Made by a program: the position numbers and the translations under genes | In this document: piece by piece, positions 37,987 to 50,571 of the stretch | How the letters are laid out: every line of letters starts with the position of its first letter | Position numbering within the stretch: the first letter of the stretch is position 1 | Source: Lama guanicoe | Lineage: Eukaryota | DNA: 64,000 nt | Assembly: GCA_013239625.1 (NCBI GenBank) | Contig: MU054204.1 | Coordinates: 86,879 to 150,878 of the forward strand | Direction: 5' to 3' | Notes under the pieces: generated by a model | Database searches by the model: none | The model's input: only the letters and a program-made list of their open reading frames with translations | What the model was told of the DNA's origin: nothing

Positions 37987-40900
37987 AAGCAAAGCCCTTT
38001 GTGATCTGACCTATAACTGTTTCTCAGGTCTCATCTATGTTCACATGCACATTTGCATTCTATGCTTCATTTAAACCCAAGTACTTACAGTTTTTTGAAC
38101 CAAACTCTCCCTTAATCCCTGCTGTCTTTTCTCATGCTGTTTACTTTGCCTAGAATGCCTTCAGCTGAGGTGCTCAACAAAAATGTTTAAATAAATGAAT
38201 AAGTAAATGAATGAATGAATGTGTTTACCTCAGTTTCCTTGGCCATTTTTGAGAGCGGCTATGTGGCTATCTATGGTGATGATTGGGGTATTTATTTAGG
38301 GAAGCTGGAAGACACTTAACGTGGTAGGATTTCAGGAAATCATTGAGATTCTCACTGCATTAGACCATCACTCCTGTTAGCTTATCACTGGGCCTTACCC
38401 CATGAGTTTTCTCTCCCTGAGCAAAGGCTTGGTGTTACTGGAAAGCTCTGAGGGAGGGAGGAGTGCTTAAAAAAGAAAGAGGGGGCCAGACAGAGAAGTT
38501 GGAAGGGGGATGCAGCTGATAGGAAAAGCTAATAGTACCACTCTGACCAGAACTGATGTTGTTGTGATGGCACTGGAGCAGAAACAAGCCAATATGAAAT
38601 ATAACCAAGTGCAAGGGAAAATTTTGACATAGAGCCTAAAACATACATTGGGCAATTTTTATCATCCTGTTGTTGACCTAAAAGGTAGAGTAAAATCATT
38701 TATATACTCCCACCCCCAGATGCCCAATGTAGAAAACTAAGTGGAATGCAGCAGGGGGTTCAGGCCATTTCCGGAGGTAGATCATTTTCAGTAGAGCCTT
38801 TTAGGTTTGAGAAGAAGTGACATGGGTGGATTAGGATCCCCTAGCAAAGCCAAGTCCATAAGACAAATGGCTCTAGAAAATCTCAGGCTTTTCATAGTCC
38901 CTGTGTAGGGACAGGAGAGGCCTGGCTCACAGATCTCTGGTGAAAGAACAAGATACCTCCTCCTCTGGCCACTTTCAGGCCTACCCAAAAGGAGATCAAA
39001 CCAACCCAGTCTACTGGGCTTTTCTGGGACAGCTAGGATTGATGTTTCTGGGAGTCCAGTATCCCAGGTCAAAAAATTTCTACTCTTCCCCACGACCCTG
39101 GACTAGAATAGTAGGTAAGAAATAAGAAAATCAAACTCAATTATACTTTCCCTTTTTACTCTGCTCCCTGTCAGCTACTAAGCAAACTTCCTTCCACTGG
39201 AAAATTTTATTAGTTCTTTGAAAAAACAGGAAGTTGGAGACTTGGATATGAGATAAAGCTTGGGAAAACATAAGCTACAAAGGAGCATTATAGGCGTGGT
39301 TAAGTAAAGTTCCCATAGAAGTTTTCAAAGGGTTGTCAAAGGAACATGGACCTTGTTCAAATTCCACTTTATTCAAATTCTACCTTTGCCAACTTATTAG
39401 GTACATAATCTTAGAAAAGTCCCTCACTGAGCCTCAGTTTCCCACTTGTAAAATGAAGCTAATATTACCAACTTCACCCATATGACAACTGAATGCCTGG
39501 GCACCTAAGTGGTAATCAGTCAATGTTAGTTAACTTTTGCCCATTTGTGGAAAATAGTGGAGTGGTAGCTGAATCTTGTCCTGAGGGACAAGAATTTTGA
39601 AATCCTGAGGTCTGGGTAGAGCAGAAAGGATTTGGCTAAGCACTCAGATCTTACAGACTGGGTATGTAGAGGGGAGGGTCATTGGATGGATGAAGTACAA
39701 GTCTAGCTGGAAACTATTATTTGGGAAATTTCTATATGGATAAGCTGAGTTTGTGGGAGGGTAATATGTAAGTGGATGATGTAACAGGGCCTGTGATACC
39801 ATAAAATCTGGGCTTCTTACCCTGTCTGACTGAGATTTGTACTTGTTGTGTTATCTTGCATAATCCACAAAGTTTTCCCAATTCTAATCACTTTCTCTCC
39901 CCTCTTGCCCTCTCTCCCACCATCAAATCAGGAAGTTATACAGAGTAATTATTATTTACAAACTATGAAGCTCTGAATACTCTGGAGAAGGGAAAGGAGG
40001 GTAAAAAGACAGAGAGAGAGGGAGAGAGGGAAGGAGGGGAGGAGAGAGACAGACCAGAGAGACAGAGAGAGAGAAACAAGGTGTCATCAGTGGGAGAAGG
40101 CAATCTAGACAGATGCTCTGGAAGATGTTTTGCGTAGGAAGGGATATGGTTGGCATTTAACTTGTGGAACTTGAGACTGGAAGTCATAACTGTCTCTGCC
40201 AAGAGTGGAATTCGGTTGATTGGCCCAATTAGAAGGCCTTGCTTTGAGGAACCTAAGATAGAGGTGGAGAACATGAGTTCATATTGTATGACATGGACAT
40301 TTTTACAGGATTGGTAGGGATTTTGTGGTATGAGTAAAGCCGGGACAACTGGAAAATAATAATTTGCCATGCAATCAATGGGGTGATGTTTTTAAAAAAT
40401 TGCTCAATCACTTATGTAAGGAACTTTACAGGTAGCCATATTAAACATACTTTTCTCTCAATCTTTCTACTCCCTAGAGATATATTTCTATCTCTTTCCA
40501 TCCTTTTACCATCAAACTTCTGGCTTCATAAATCAAAACTGTATACTGACTTCTGCTCCTGCTATTCAACTTATTATTTCAGATATTTCAGCAAACCTTC
40601 CCATAATCTAAATGTCTGTCCTCCTTTTTGTGATCCTCTAGCATTGCTGATTGCTTCCTCCTTGAAATTCTTTTCTTCCCCCTAGGCTTCTATGATCCAG
40701 CACATGCCAGGCTCTCTTATTACCTTTCTGACAGCTCTTTCTTTGCCTCTTAAGGCTCCATTTTTCCTTTGGCCTACCCAGAACAGTTTTTTCTTCAAGA
40801 TTCTCTTCCCAAGGCTCTTCTCTTTCTGCAGACTCTTTCTTTGCCACCACATTCCCACAACATCAGCTATTCTCTCTGAGTGATTTTGATCTCCTTATCT

Positions 40901-41992
40901 CAATCTCAAGCTCCAGTTGCATTTCTAATTGCCAGCTGGGCATCTCTGCCTGAATTTCCTGTTGTCATCTCTACTACTCTTGTCCTAACAACACATACCT
41001 ACTTTCCCGAGCCAGTTCCCCATCATGTATTCCCTTCTATTATTGCACTGCCACTTTCTCTGCCCAAAACACCAGTCATCCTTGACTCCTCTCTCTCCTT
41101 CAGCCTTCATATTTGGTCCCCACATTCTACTGATTCTACTTCTCCAAAGTATCTTAAAATTGTTCCCTCTTTGCCATTCTTATTGCCACCACTCTAAGTC
41201 TGGATTTCATTGCTTCTCCCCTGAACAATTACAATAACCTCTTTATACATTTTATTATTGTTACAACAACTCATTTCTTCAACAAATATATATTGAGTCA
41301 GTTACAGTGTGATGGGCACTGGGTACACAACTGTAGATCTGATCTCAAGGAACACGCAGTCTAGTAGGGAAGGCAGACAACTGAAAAAGGAAATAAACAT
41401 ACAGAGATAAGTGTCAGAATAGATGTAAACACAGGAAACTGTGGGACACGGAAGGAAAGCTCCTAAATCAGACTGCGGGGTTGAGGAAAGCTTCACAGAG
41501 AAGATAACACCAATAAGCAAAGGAATTTATCTAACACAGGGGGTTAATGGAATATTCTAAACAGAGAGATAAGCACAAGCAAAAAGACAGGAGGAAAGAG
41601 AAAGTGCACATTTTGGGGAAATGCAAGTTACTAGAGATGACTAGAGTGTAGCAAAAGAGGTGGGGCAGGAAGCTAGACTGATTGACAGCGGTCAGATCAT
41701 GAAAGGTCTAAAATCCCTGCTGAGGAGTTTAGAGAGTTTGGGTAACTAAAAATATTTTAATCAAGGGAGAAACAGTATCTGTTTTGTACTTAAAGAAGTT
41801 CGCTCTGGCAGTAGTGTGGAGACAATTGGATGAAGGCAATTCCAATGCAAATCCTAATAATAATAATTAGAATCCAGAACAATATACTTGGAAAAGTAAA
41901 CAGCAAAATAATTATGGAAGTGGTACAAAGGGCCAATTAATAAGTGTCAAGGAGGGCAGGCACTGGTAAAATAACCCCATGGTTAAACCTAC

Positions 41993-44176
41993 TGTGATGG
42001 TTAGTTTTATGTCAACGTGACTGAGCTCTGGGTGCCCAGACATTAGGTCAAACATTATTCTGGGTGTGTTTCTAAGGGTATTTCTGGATAAGATTAACAT
42101 TTGAATCCGTAGACTGAGTAAACCAGATTGTTTTGCCTAATGTGGGTGGGCCTCATCCTGTACAATGAAGGCATGAATAGAACAAAAAGTTTGACTCTTT
42201 AGTGAGTGAGAGGGAACTCTTCCTGCCTGAGTGCTTGAGCTAGGATGTAGGTCTTTTCATGCCTTTGGACTCAAACTGAAAAATCCATGCTTTTTGGGTC
42301 TTGAGACTGCTGTCTCTCAATCAGGAACTTACACCATAGGCTCTCCTGGTTCTCAGGCTTTGGACCAGGATTGAGACTATACTGTCCACTCTCCTGGGAC
42401 TCCAGCTTGCCTATTGCAGATCTTGGGACATCTCAACCTACATAAGCATGTGAGCCAATTTCTTATAATAAATTATGTATCAATCAATCCTGTTGGTTCT
42501 GTTTCTCTGGAGGATGCTGATTAATACAGATTTTGGCAGCCGAAAGTAGGGTGCTGATGTAACAAGTACCTAAAAACGTGGAAGTGGCTTCAAAGTTGGG
42601 TAATGGGTAAAGGGTGGAAGAATTTTGTGCACATGCTAGAAATATGGATGTTAAAAAAGATTCTGGTGAGATCTCAGGCAGAAATGAGGAACGGGTTATT
42701 GGAAACGGGAGGAAAGGCAATCTTGTTCTAACGTGGCAATGAACTTGGCTGAATTGTGTTCCACTGTTTTGTGGGAGGTCAAACTTCAGTGATGAAATTG
42801 AATGTTTAGCAAAGGCTATTTCTAAGCAAAGTATTAAAAATGCAGTTTGGATCCTCCTTACTTTTTATGGTCAAATATGAGAGGAGAGGGATGACTTTAA
42901 GAAGGAATTATTAGGCAAAAAGGAACCAGACCTTGGAGATTTTGAAAATGCTCAGTCTATACATCTTGAGAAAAAAAAAAGAAAACTTGCTCTAAAGAGA
43001 ACACTAAGGGTGTGGCCAAAGAATCATTTGATAAGGAGATAATGGGCACAACTCATAAATTTGATCAGCCATCTCCACAGCTAGGAATAGAAATGGGATT
43101 ACATCAACAGAAACACTGCCAGCTGGGACTAAAGAGGACATAATGAAATGAAATGAAAGAAGGAAGGCTGTCAGGCTTCTTAGATCCCACAGGACTGGAC
43201 AACAGTCTTCTTTGGCTGCAAACATGCACTATTCTTCAAGAAAAGGAAGAATGACCCTGAAGGTGATTCAGAGATCATCAGGGCTTGCCTTCTTGGTTTC
43301 AGAGTGGGGCTGTCTCCTCAATGTCAACAAGCCAGATGGCCCTCAACTAGAGCCGTGGGAACAGGGCTGCCTGGAGCCTTTTGGGTGGGATCACCACCTC
43401 TGTGGGTCCAGGAGGTGGGGCATTGAGTCAAAGAGGATTATTTTTGAACTTCAACATCTAATGGAATTTGCCTAGCTAGGTCTTGGATTTGTTTGAAACT
43501 TTTCACTCCTTCCTTCTTTCCTACTTCTCTTTCTTGGAAAGGGAATGTATATCCTATGCCTGTTCCATCACTGTATTTTGTAAGCACATAACTTTCCTGG
43601 TTTCACAGATTCACAGCTGGAGAGGAATTTTGTCTCAGGATGAATTGTACCTCAAGTCTCACCTATACCTTATTTAGATGATATTTATATCAGACTTTGG
43701 ACTTGAGATTTTAGAGTGATGCTAGAATTAATTAAGACTTTTGGGGCTGTTGCAATGGAATGACTGTATTATGCATGCAATAAGGACATGGATTTGGGGG
43801 AGCAAGGGGAAGAATGCTGATTTGTGTCCCTCCCCCACATTCATATGTGGAAACCCCAATCCTCTGTGTGACTGTATTGGAGATAGGATCTTTAAGGAGG
43901 TGATTGAAGCTACATGAGGTCATAAGGACAGAGCCCTGATCTGATGGAACTGGTATTTTTAGAAAAGAGGCAGTCTCCAGAGATCTCTCTCTCTCTGCTA
44001 TGTGAGGGCACAGAGAGAAGGCAGCTGTCTGCAAGTCAGAAGGAACGCTCTCACCAGAAACTGAACTCTGCCAGAACCTTGATCTTTGACTTTTCTGTCT
44101 CTAGAACTGTGAGAAAATAAATTTCTGTTGTTTAAGCCCTCCTATTTTGTTATGGCAGAGTGAGCAGACCAAGAGA
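41993..44176 (+). mobile_element. Chimeric provirus: MLT2 5' LTR (41993-42528), MLT1-type internal region (42529-43814), MLT1A-type 3' LTR (43815-44176)
   Basis: TG...CA MLT2 LTR, primer-binding region gattttggcagccga, purine tract ggggagcaaggggaagaa, MLT1A-type LTR sequence; flanking cctac/cccac TSD. Confidence 0.85.
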
Positions 44177-46427
44177 CCCACAGACTGTGATTGCTACATT
44201 TGCTTGAGTTGAAGTCCCAGCTTTACCACTTACTGACTGGGTGAACTTGGAGATCTGACTTGGCTTTCTTGTGCCTTAGTTTCCTCACCTCTAACATACA
44301 GTTTCATGTTTCTGTACAGATTTTCTTAACTATCATTTTAAATTTGAGTAGCCTTTACCATATTGTTTAGTTTTATTTTTGTATTCTTATTATTTTCTGT
44401 ATTCTTATTATTATAAAAATATGCATACATATAGGTTTTTTTTCTACTGAATTTTCCCCTTAGGGTTGACTCAGAAGTAGGATTACTAGGTCAAAGAATA
44501 TAAGTATTTTGATTGCTGCTGATCCATTTGACCAAATTCCTCCCCAAAAGGACCAAACCAGTATGGATTGATTTAATAGGTGGCAAGTACTTCCTATTTA
44601 TTATTTCTCTTTACATTTCCTTTGTTTTCACTGGCCTTGAACTTGTCCCTATATGTTTATTTACTCTTACTCCTTTTCTTCTTTTGTGAATTATTTTCAT
44701 GTTCTTTGTCTGTGTATCTAGTGCATTCTTGATACCCCTATACATGTAGGTATTAATATTTTTCTATCATATTGTACATACATATTTCCTTAACTATTTT
44801 TTCCTTACTTTTTAGTTTTGTTTCTTTACTCTATACAGAAGATTTTAAATATGTAGTAAATTCTATTGAGCTCCACTTTTGTAATTTTTAAAAACTGAAT
44901 AAAAAAGTTAAAATTATTCCAAAGGATGTCTAAAAAATATTCCAATCCCTTTTTTTCAAAATTTCTTATAATTTTTAAAAAATGTATTCTCTAATCTATC
45001 TTGAGTCTACTTTTGTGTACACTATAAGGTGTAAATCTAAATTTTCCTTTCCTGATTGTTAAGTAATTATTCTAATATCAGTAATTAAATATCTTTTTCA
45101 TACCCCCATTAGTATGTATTTTTAATTAATTATTTAGGCAATTATTTTAATAATTATTAATATAATAATAATCAGATATATGTATGTTCTATTGATCTAT
45201 ATTTTGATAAGCACCACCACATTTCCATTATTGTTACTTTATGAAAGTTTTTAATATCTTGTGGGGAGCCTTTTCTTCTCATTATTGCCCTGTCTTTTCT
45301 GAACTTTCTTTGATATTATTGCCTGTTTATTTCCTCAATAATATTTTAGAAGTCATCTAAAGGAATGAAAACTGAAACATGGTCCCAGTGCTTTCTTCTA
45401 TGTTTGTCTTCCTCTAGATGCTCAATAAACATTTGTGGAATTGACAAAAGATGGAAGAAAGTACACAGCATGGTGTTTGCTGAAGAATGCCATGGTAAAA
45501 ACAAGTTTATGTCTGCTTCCCAAACCCCTGACACTTCCAAAAGACAGAATCTAAGGTATGTATTTGAGAAACACTACTCTGCTGTTGGAGGATTACTGTT
45601 TGCTCATGCAATCAACAAATATTTATTAAGCACCTACTTTATCCCAAACATTGTTCAAAGTACTGAGGATAGAGCAAATGAACAAAAGATACAAATGAAA
45701 TAAATGAATATATTAACCATTCATATATAGTATATGAATGTATTTATATAAATAAGTAAATATACATATGCAAATAAATAAAGCATAAAATGAATATATA
45801 ATACAAAAATAAACACATAACTATATAAAATAAATAATAAATATAAATATAAAATCAGGTTGATATATATTTGCTAAAGTAAAATAAATCAGGGTGAGGA
45901 CATAGGGAGCTACCTGGGTGGAGATAACATTAGAAGGGAGAAAGAAGGTTTCTCTGAAGAGATGCCTTTGGGCTAAGACCTGAATGACAAGAGGCAGGCA
46001 TGAGATGACCTGTGGGAAGAGCATTCTAGCCAGAAAGAACAGCAAGTATAAACATTCTTAGTCAGAAATAAACATCATGTTCAAGAAAGGAAAAGGTAAC
46101 TATTGTGCTTACAGTCTCATGGAAAAGGGAAAGACTGATGTTGCTCAGGTCTGGGTTCCTCTTTGGCACACAGACTCCCTAGTCCTGAGCTTCTCTTTGA
46201 TGCCAGCCTTTCTGGGCTTAAATGAGGAAAGTCTTGGGGAAGGATTGACTTTTCCCCATGGTCATAAACCATCCAAGCCACACTACATGACAAATGTCAT
46301 GACTAGCCCTTTCAGGCTAATGTTTGCAAGTCAGCGTCTGGTGGGGTTATTGGCTTAGAACTACCAGGCCTAGGATCACCAGCCTTTTCTCTGTTCTAGG
46401 AGAAGGAGAATCAAGAATTGCTATTTG

Positions 46428-47220
46428 TCATCAAAAAGTCTACAAATAATAAATGTTGGTGAGGGTCTGCAGAAAAGGGAACATTGTACACTGTTGCTGG
46501 GGATATAAATTGGTGCACCCACTATGGAAAACAGTCTGGAGGTTCCTCAAAAACTAAAAATAGAACTACCACATGATCCAGCAATCCCACTTCTGGGTGT
46601 ATATCCGAAGAAAATAAAACACTAATTCGAAGAGATACACGCACTCCAATATTCATAGCAGCATTATTTATAATAGCCAAGATATGAAAACAACCTAAAT
46701 GTCCATCAAAATATGAATGGATAAAGAAGATATGGTATATATACATGTACACATATGAATGGAATATATGGAATACAATGGAATATTATTACTCAGCCAT
46801 AAAAGAATGAAATTCTTCCATTTGCAACAATGTGGATGGCCCTAGAGACTATTACACTTAGTGAAATGACAGAGAAAGACAAATACTCTGTTATCCTTTA
46901 TAAGTGGAATCTAAAAATAAAACAAACAAATGTATAACAAAACAGAAACAGACTCACAGATACAGAAAAACAAAAACTAGTGGTTACCAAAAGGGAAAGG
47001 GAAGGGGGAAGGGGCAAGTTAAGAATGTGGGACTAAGAGGCACAAACTACTATGTATGAAATAGAGAAGCAACAAGGAAATATTGTATAGCATAGGGAAA
47101 TACAGCCATTGTTTTGTAATAACTTTAAATGGAGTATCACCTATACAAATATTGGATCACTGTGTTATATACCTGAAATTAACATAATATTGTAAATCAA
47201 CTATACTGAATTTTTAAAAA
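46428..47220 (+). mobile_element. 5'-truncated L1
   Basis: End of ORF2 and 3' UTR; degenerate TSD gaattgctatttg / gagctgctatctg. Confidence 0.9.
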
Positions 47221-47677
47221 TGAGCTGCTATCTGGGATGAGAGGGGTTGTTTCTTTGAGCCTAGATATAACCAATTGTTCTTTGAGCCTAGATAGAAAGA
47301 ATAATGTAACTAGTTGTAACTGTTTTGCTCAGAGTGACTGATTATCAGCTACCCATAGTCTTTGAGAAATCAGCTTCAAATCTCAGAGTTGTTTCTCTTC
47401 CTGTGGATAAAAGAGAAGCCTCCCATACTAGAGTGCTATGCAAACAAGCAAATATCTGCCTATAATGTAAAAAGATACAATGTGTCTACAAAAAAAATCC
47501 TATTTGTACAGTGATATTCCATTAGAACACTTCCCAATAGGACCTGCATTCAGATATACTGCTTGGCAGGTAATAATGCATAGCATGGGCACATAGCCTC
47601 AGAGTTTATAAAGCACTTCCACGCCATTATTTCATTGATCTTTCCAACAAATGGACAAGATAGAGGGCATTCACCTC

Positions 47678-48090
47678 TGTATTGGTCAGAATATAATAGA
47701 TTATGCTGAGGTACAACCCCAGAATTTCAGTGAAATTTTAATCAGTGAAAGTATTTCTTTTTACTTGTTCTATGTGTTTAAATATAGAATGTTTACTCAT
47801 TCTATATTGCTGATCAGTGGCAGGATCTGGCTATGCCATCTTCACACAGAAATCCAGACCAATGGAAACACTACCATTTGAAATGTTGTCTAGGGGAAAG
47901 TGAAGACAGAATCATGTGATCTCTTAAATGCTTCCACCTTAAAATGGCACATATCACTTCTGCTCCAATTTCATTGGTCAGAGCAAGTCAGTAGCCACAT
48001 TTAACTTAAAGGGGGCAAAGAAGTATAATACCCCCATATTCCTGAAAGTAGAAAGAAACTGAATAGTGGTGACAATAGCCATTTCCATCA
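47678..48090 (-). mobile_element. Old MLT1 (J/K/L-type) solo LTR within a MIR
   Basis: atcacttctgctccaatttcattggtcagagcaagtca motif. Confidence 0.65.
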
Positions 48091-50571
48091 CAGCTTCATT
48101 TTACAACTGAGAAATCCAAGACTCCGAAGAATGACATGTTGAGGGAAAGAGTTTGGAATTGTGGAATGAGCTTGCAATAAATGAGTCTTAGATATTGGTA
48201 CTAAGAGACAGCATGATTTCATTTGAAAAAAGGTTGCAAAGGTAGAGGCTATGAGAACACAGGCTTTGGAGCCTGGATTCAAATCCCAAATTGTACCACT
48301 TACTAACAGACTTCTTTAAGCGGGTGACACCACTTCTCTGAACCTCCATTTCCTCATGTACAGAATGTGGATAAAGGATTAAAAAGAAAAGTTTGCAGGG
48401 TTGATTGATGATTGAAGTTAATTGGAGTTAATGTGGATAAAATGTCTGAGTCCAAATTCAGTTTAACTAACCCCCAATGTATCGTCCTTGGCTCTGCTAG
48501 GATTACTAGAACATGCAAATCCCACAGGGCAACTCTTAGTCCAATTCTTCTCTGGCTTTCTACTTCCTATTGTGACATGTGAATAGGTGAGAGGATAGAA
48601 AGGAAAAGGAAAACACGAGGCAAGAAGAAAGGTCAAAAGTAAAAGTTAAAGAAAAAAAAAAGAAAGAAGATCATTTTTACCAAGAGTTCAGAAATGCTTT
48701 TGGATACCCCATTCCCTCTCTTTACAATGCCCTCTCCTGTCTCCTTTCTCCAGTCAACTCCTACTTATCCATTAAAACATCAGTCAATTCAATAGTTTTT
48801 CTGGGAAGTGCTCCCAGACTCCCTTGTGCTGAATTTGATGCCCCTTCTCTGAACCCCCAGTCACACCTTGTGCCTAGGTCTATCTCCGCACTTAGCACAA
48901 TGCCTTGTTAAGTGTCTGGCATATAGCAAATCCTTAACAGACATCTATGTAAGGAGTGAATAAGATCACTGTGAGGCATGGAAGTACTTTGTTGATTTTT
49001 CTGTCTAGCCTAATTTTTCTCTATCCCTCTCCTTACCCTGATCCACCTATTCCCCCCGACCCACACTCCCAAACACACACTTGCTATTTCAGAATTACTG
49101 CACTGGTTACAGTCCCTGAAATCCCTCAGAATATCTAGGCCTCCATCCTTGTACATCCTGCTTCCTCTGCATGGCATGCTCTCTCACCACCTTTCAAACA
49201 CTTAAATCATCTTTTAGCAGAAGCTGAGGACATGGTAGTTTGGAGCATGCATTCTGAAACCAGGCTGCCTGAGTTTAAATTCCAGCTCTGTTTATTAGTT
49301 GTGTGACCTCAGACAAATTATCTAACTTCTCTGGATCTCTGTTTCCCTATCTATATAATAGGGCTAACAAAAGTACCTACCTAATAGGCCTGTTATGAGT
49401 TATATGTTTAAATTGTTTATAAGCATATCTAGTACACAGTAACATCTATATAAGAGTTTGCTATTATAATTTAAATCTTAGCATAAATATTATCTTCTGT
49501 CTATGCTGGGGTCACAGGTGGGCAGATTGTAGGCTGTATTTTATTAGGATCACATGGTGTTTACATTTGTTTGTTACAATGACCTCCATTTTAGTACAAA
49601 TTCCACTACTCCCTGTATCCACCTGTTTGATTCATTTGCCTGGTTTTGGAAGCTTTGGGTTTGCAATCTTGAGTAGGCATATCTCTTTTCTGACCCCTTT
49701 GGAAGAGTCCCACAGGCTCAGTGCATACCTTCATTAAAGCAGTTCTCCAGCCTTCTAATTGTTTTCTTGTCTGAGTTCTTACTCCACTGTGAGCTTCTTG
49801 AGTAGAAGGATGGTGATCTCAGTATTGCTGGTACCCAGAAAGGTGCCTCACACAAAGAAGTCCTCAATAAACACATATTGAATGACCGACTGAGTTAATG
49901 AAATGAAATGAAATGAATAGTTGAAGTAGCCCCTATTGTCACTTAAGACAGGCCTCCAGAGAGAGCTACAGGGCTTCTCTGCAGGCAAACCTAACCTTTA
50001 GAAGCAATCCACAGAGAGCTTTCTGGTCCTAGCTGGGTGATTTAAAGAGCTCTCTTTAACCCCTTTCCTCCAAGGCCACATCTTCTCTGACAGTCATTAA
50101 TGGGATTAAACTAATGGGACTTAGCCACAAAGGCAAAAGAGGCAAAGCACAGCATGACTCCCTTTGCCTTTGTAAATAACTTGAAAGTTGTCAGGATAAG
50201 AGCTGAAGTCTCCTAAAATGAAAAGACATGCATCCTTTTTTTGAAGATAACAAGCTCAGAGTTTACACAAAATTGTCCCCATACAACATTCCATCTTTAG
50301 AAATGATGAATTTTTTTTCTAAGTTAAGAAAGTGGGGGTGTGTCCATATATCAGTTGGTTAGGACCCTAGGCTGTGTGACCCAGGGGACAGGTTAAAGGG
50401 CAGAGTAGACTTCATGCATTTCCTCTACTCTATGCCTGGAAAATGCACCTTTGAATATATGTACATACATGTGGGAGTAGTAGGAATGGATGTCATGCAT
50501 CCCTCATGGCAACAGTGTGATCCAGTGGAAAGATCACTGGATTTGGAATCAGACAAAGCTGGGTTGGAGCC

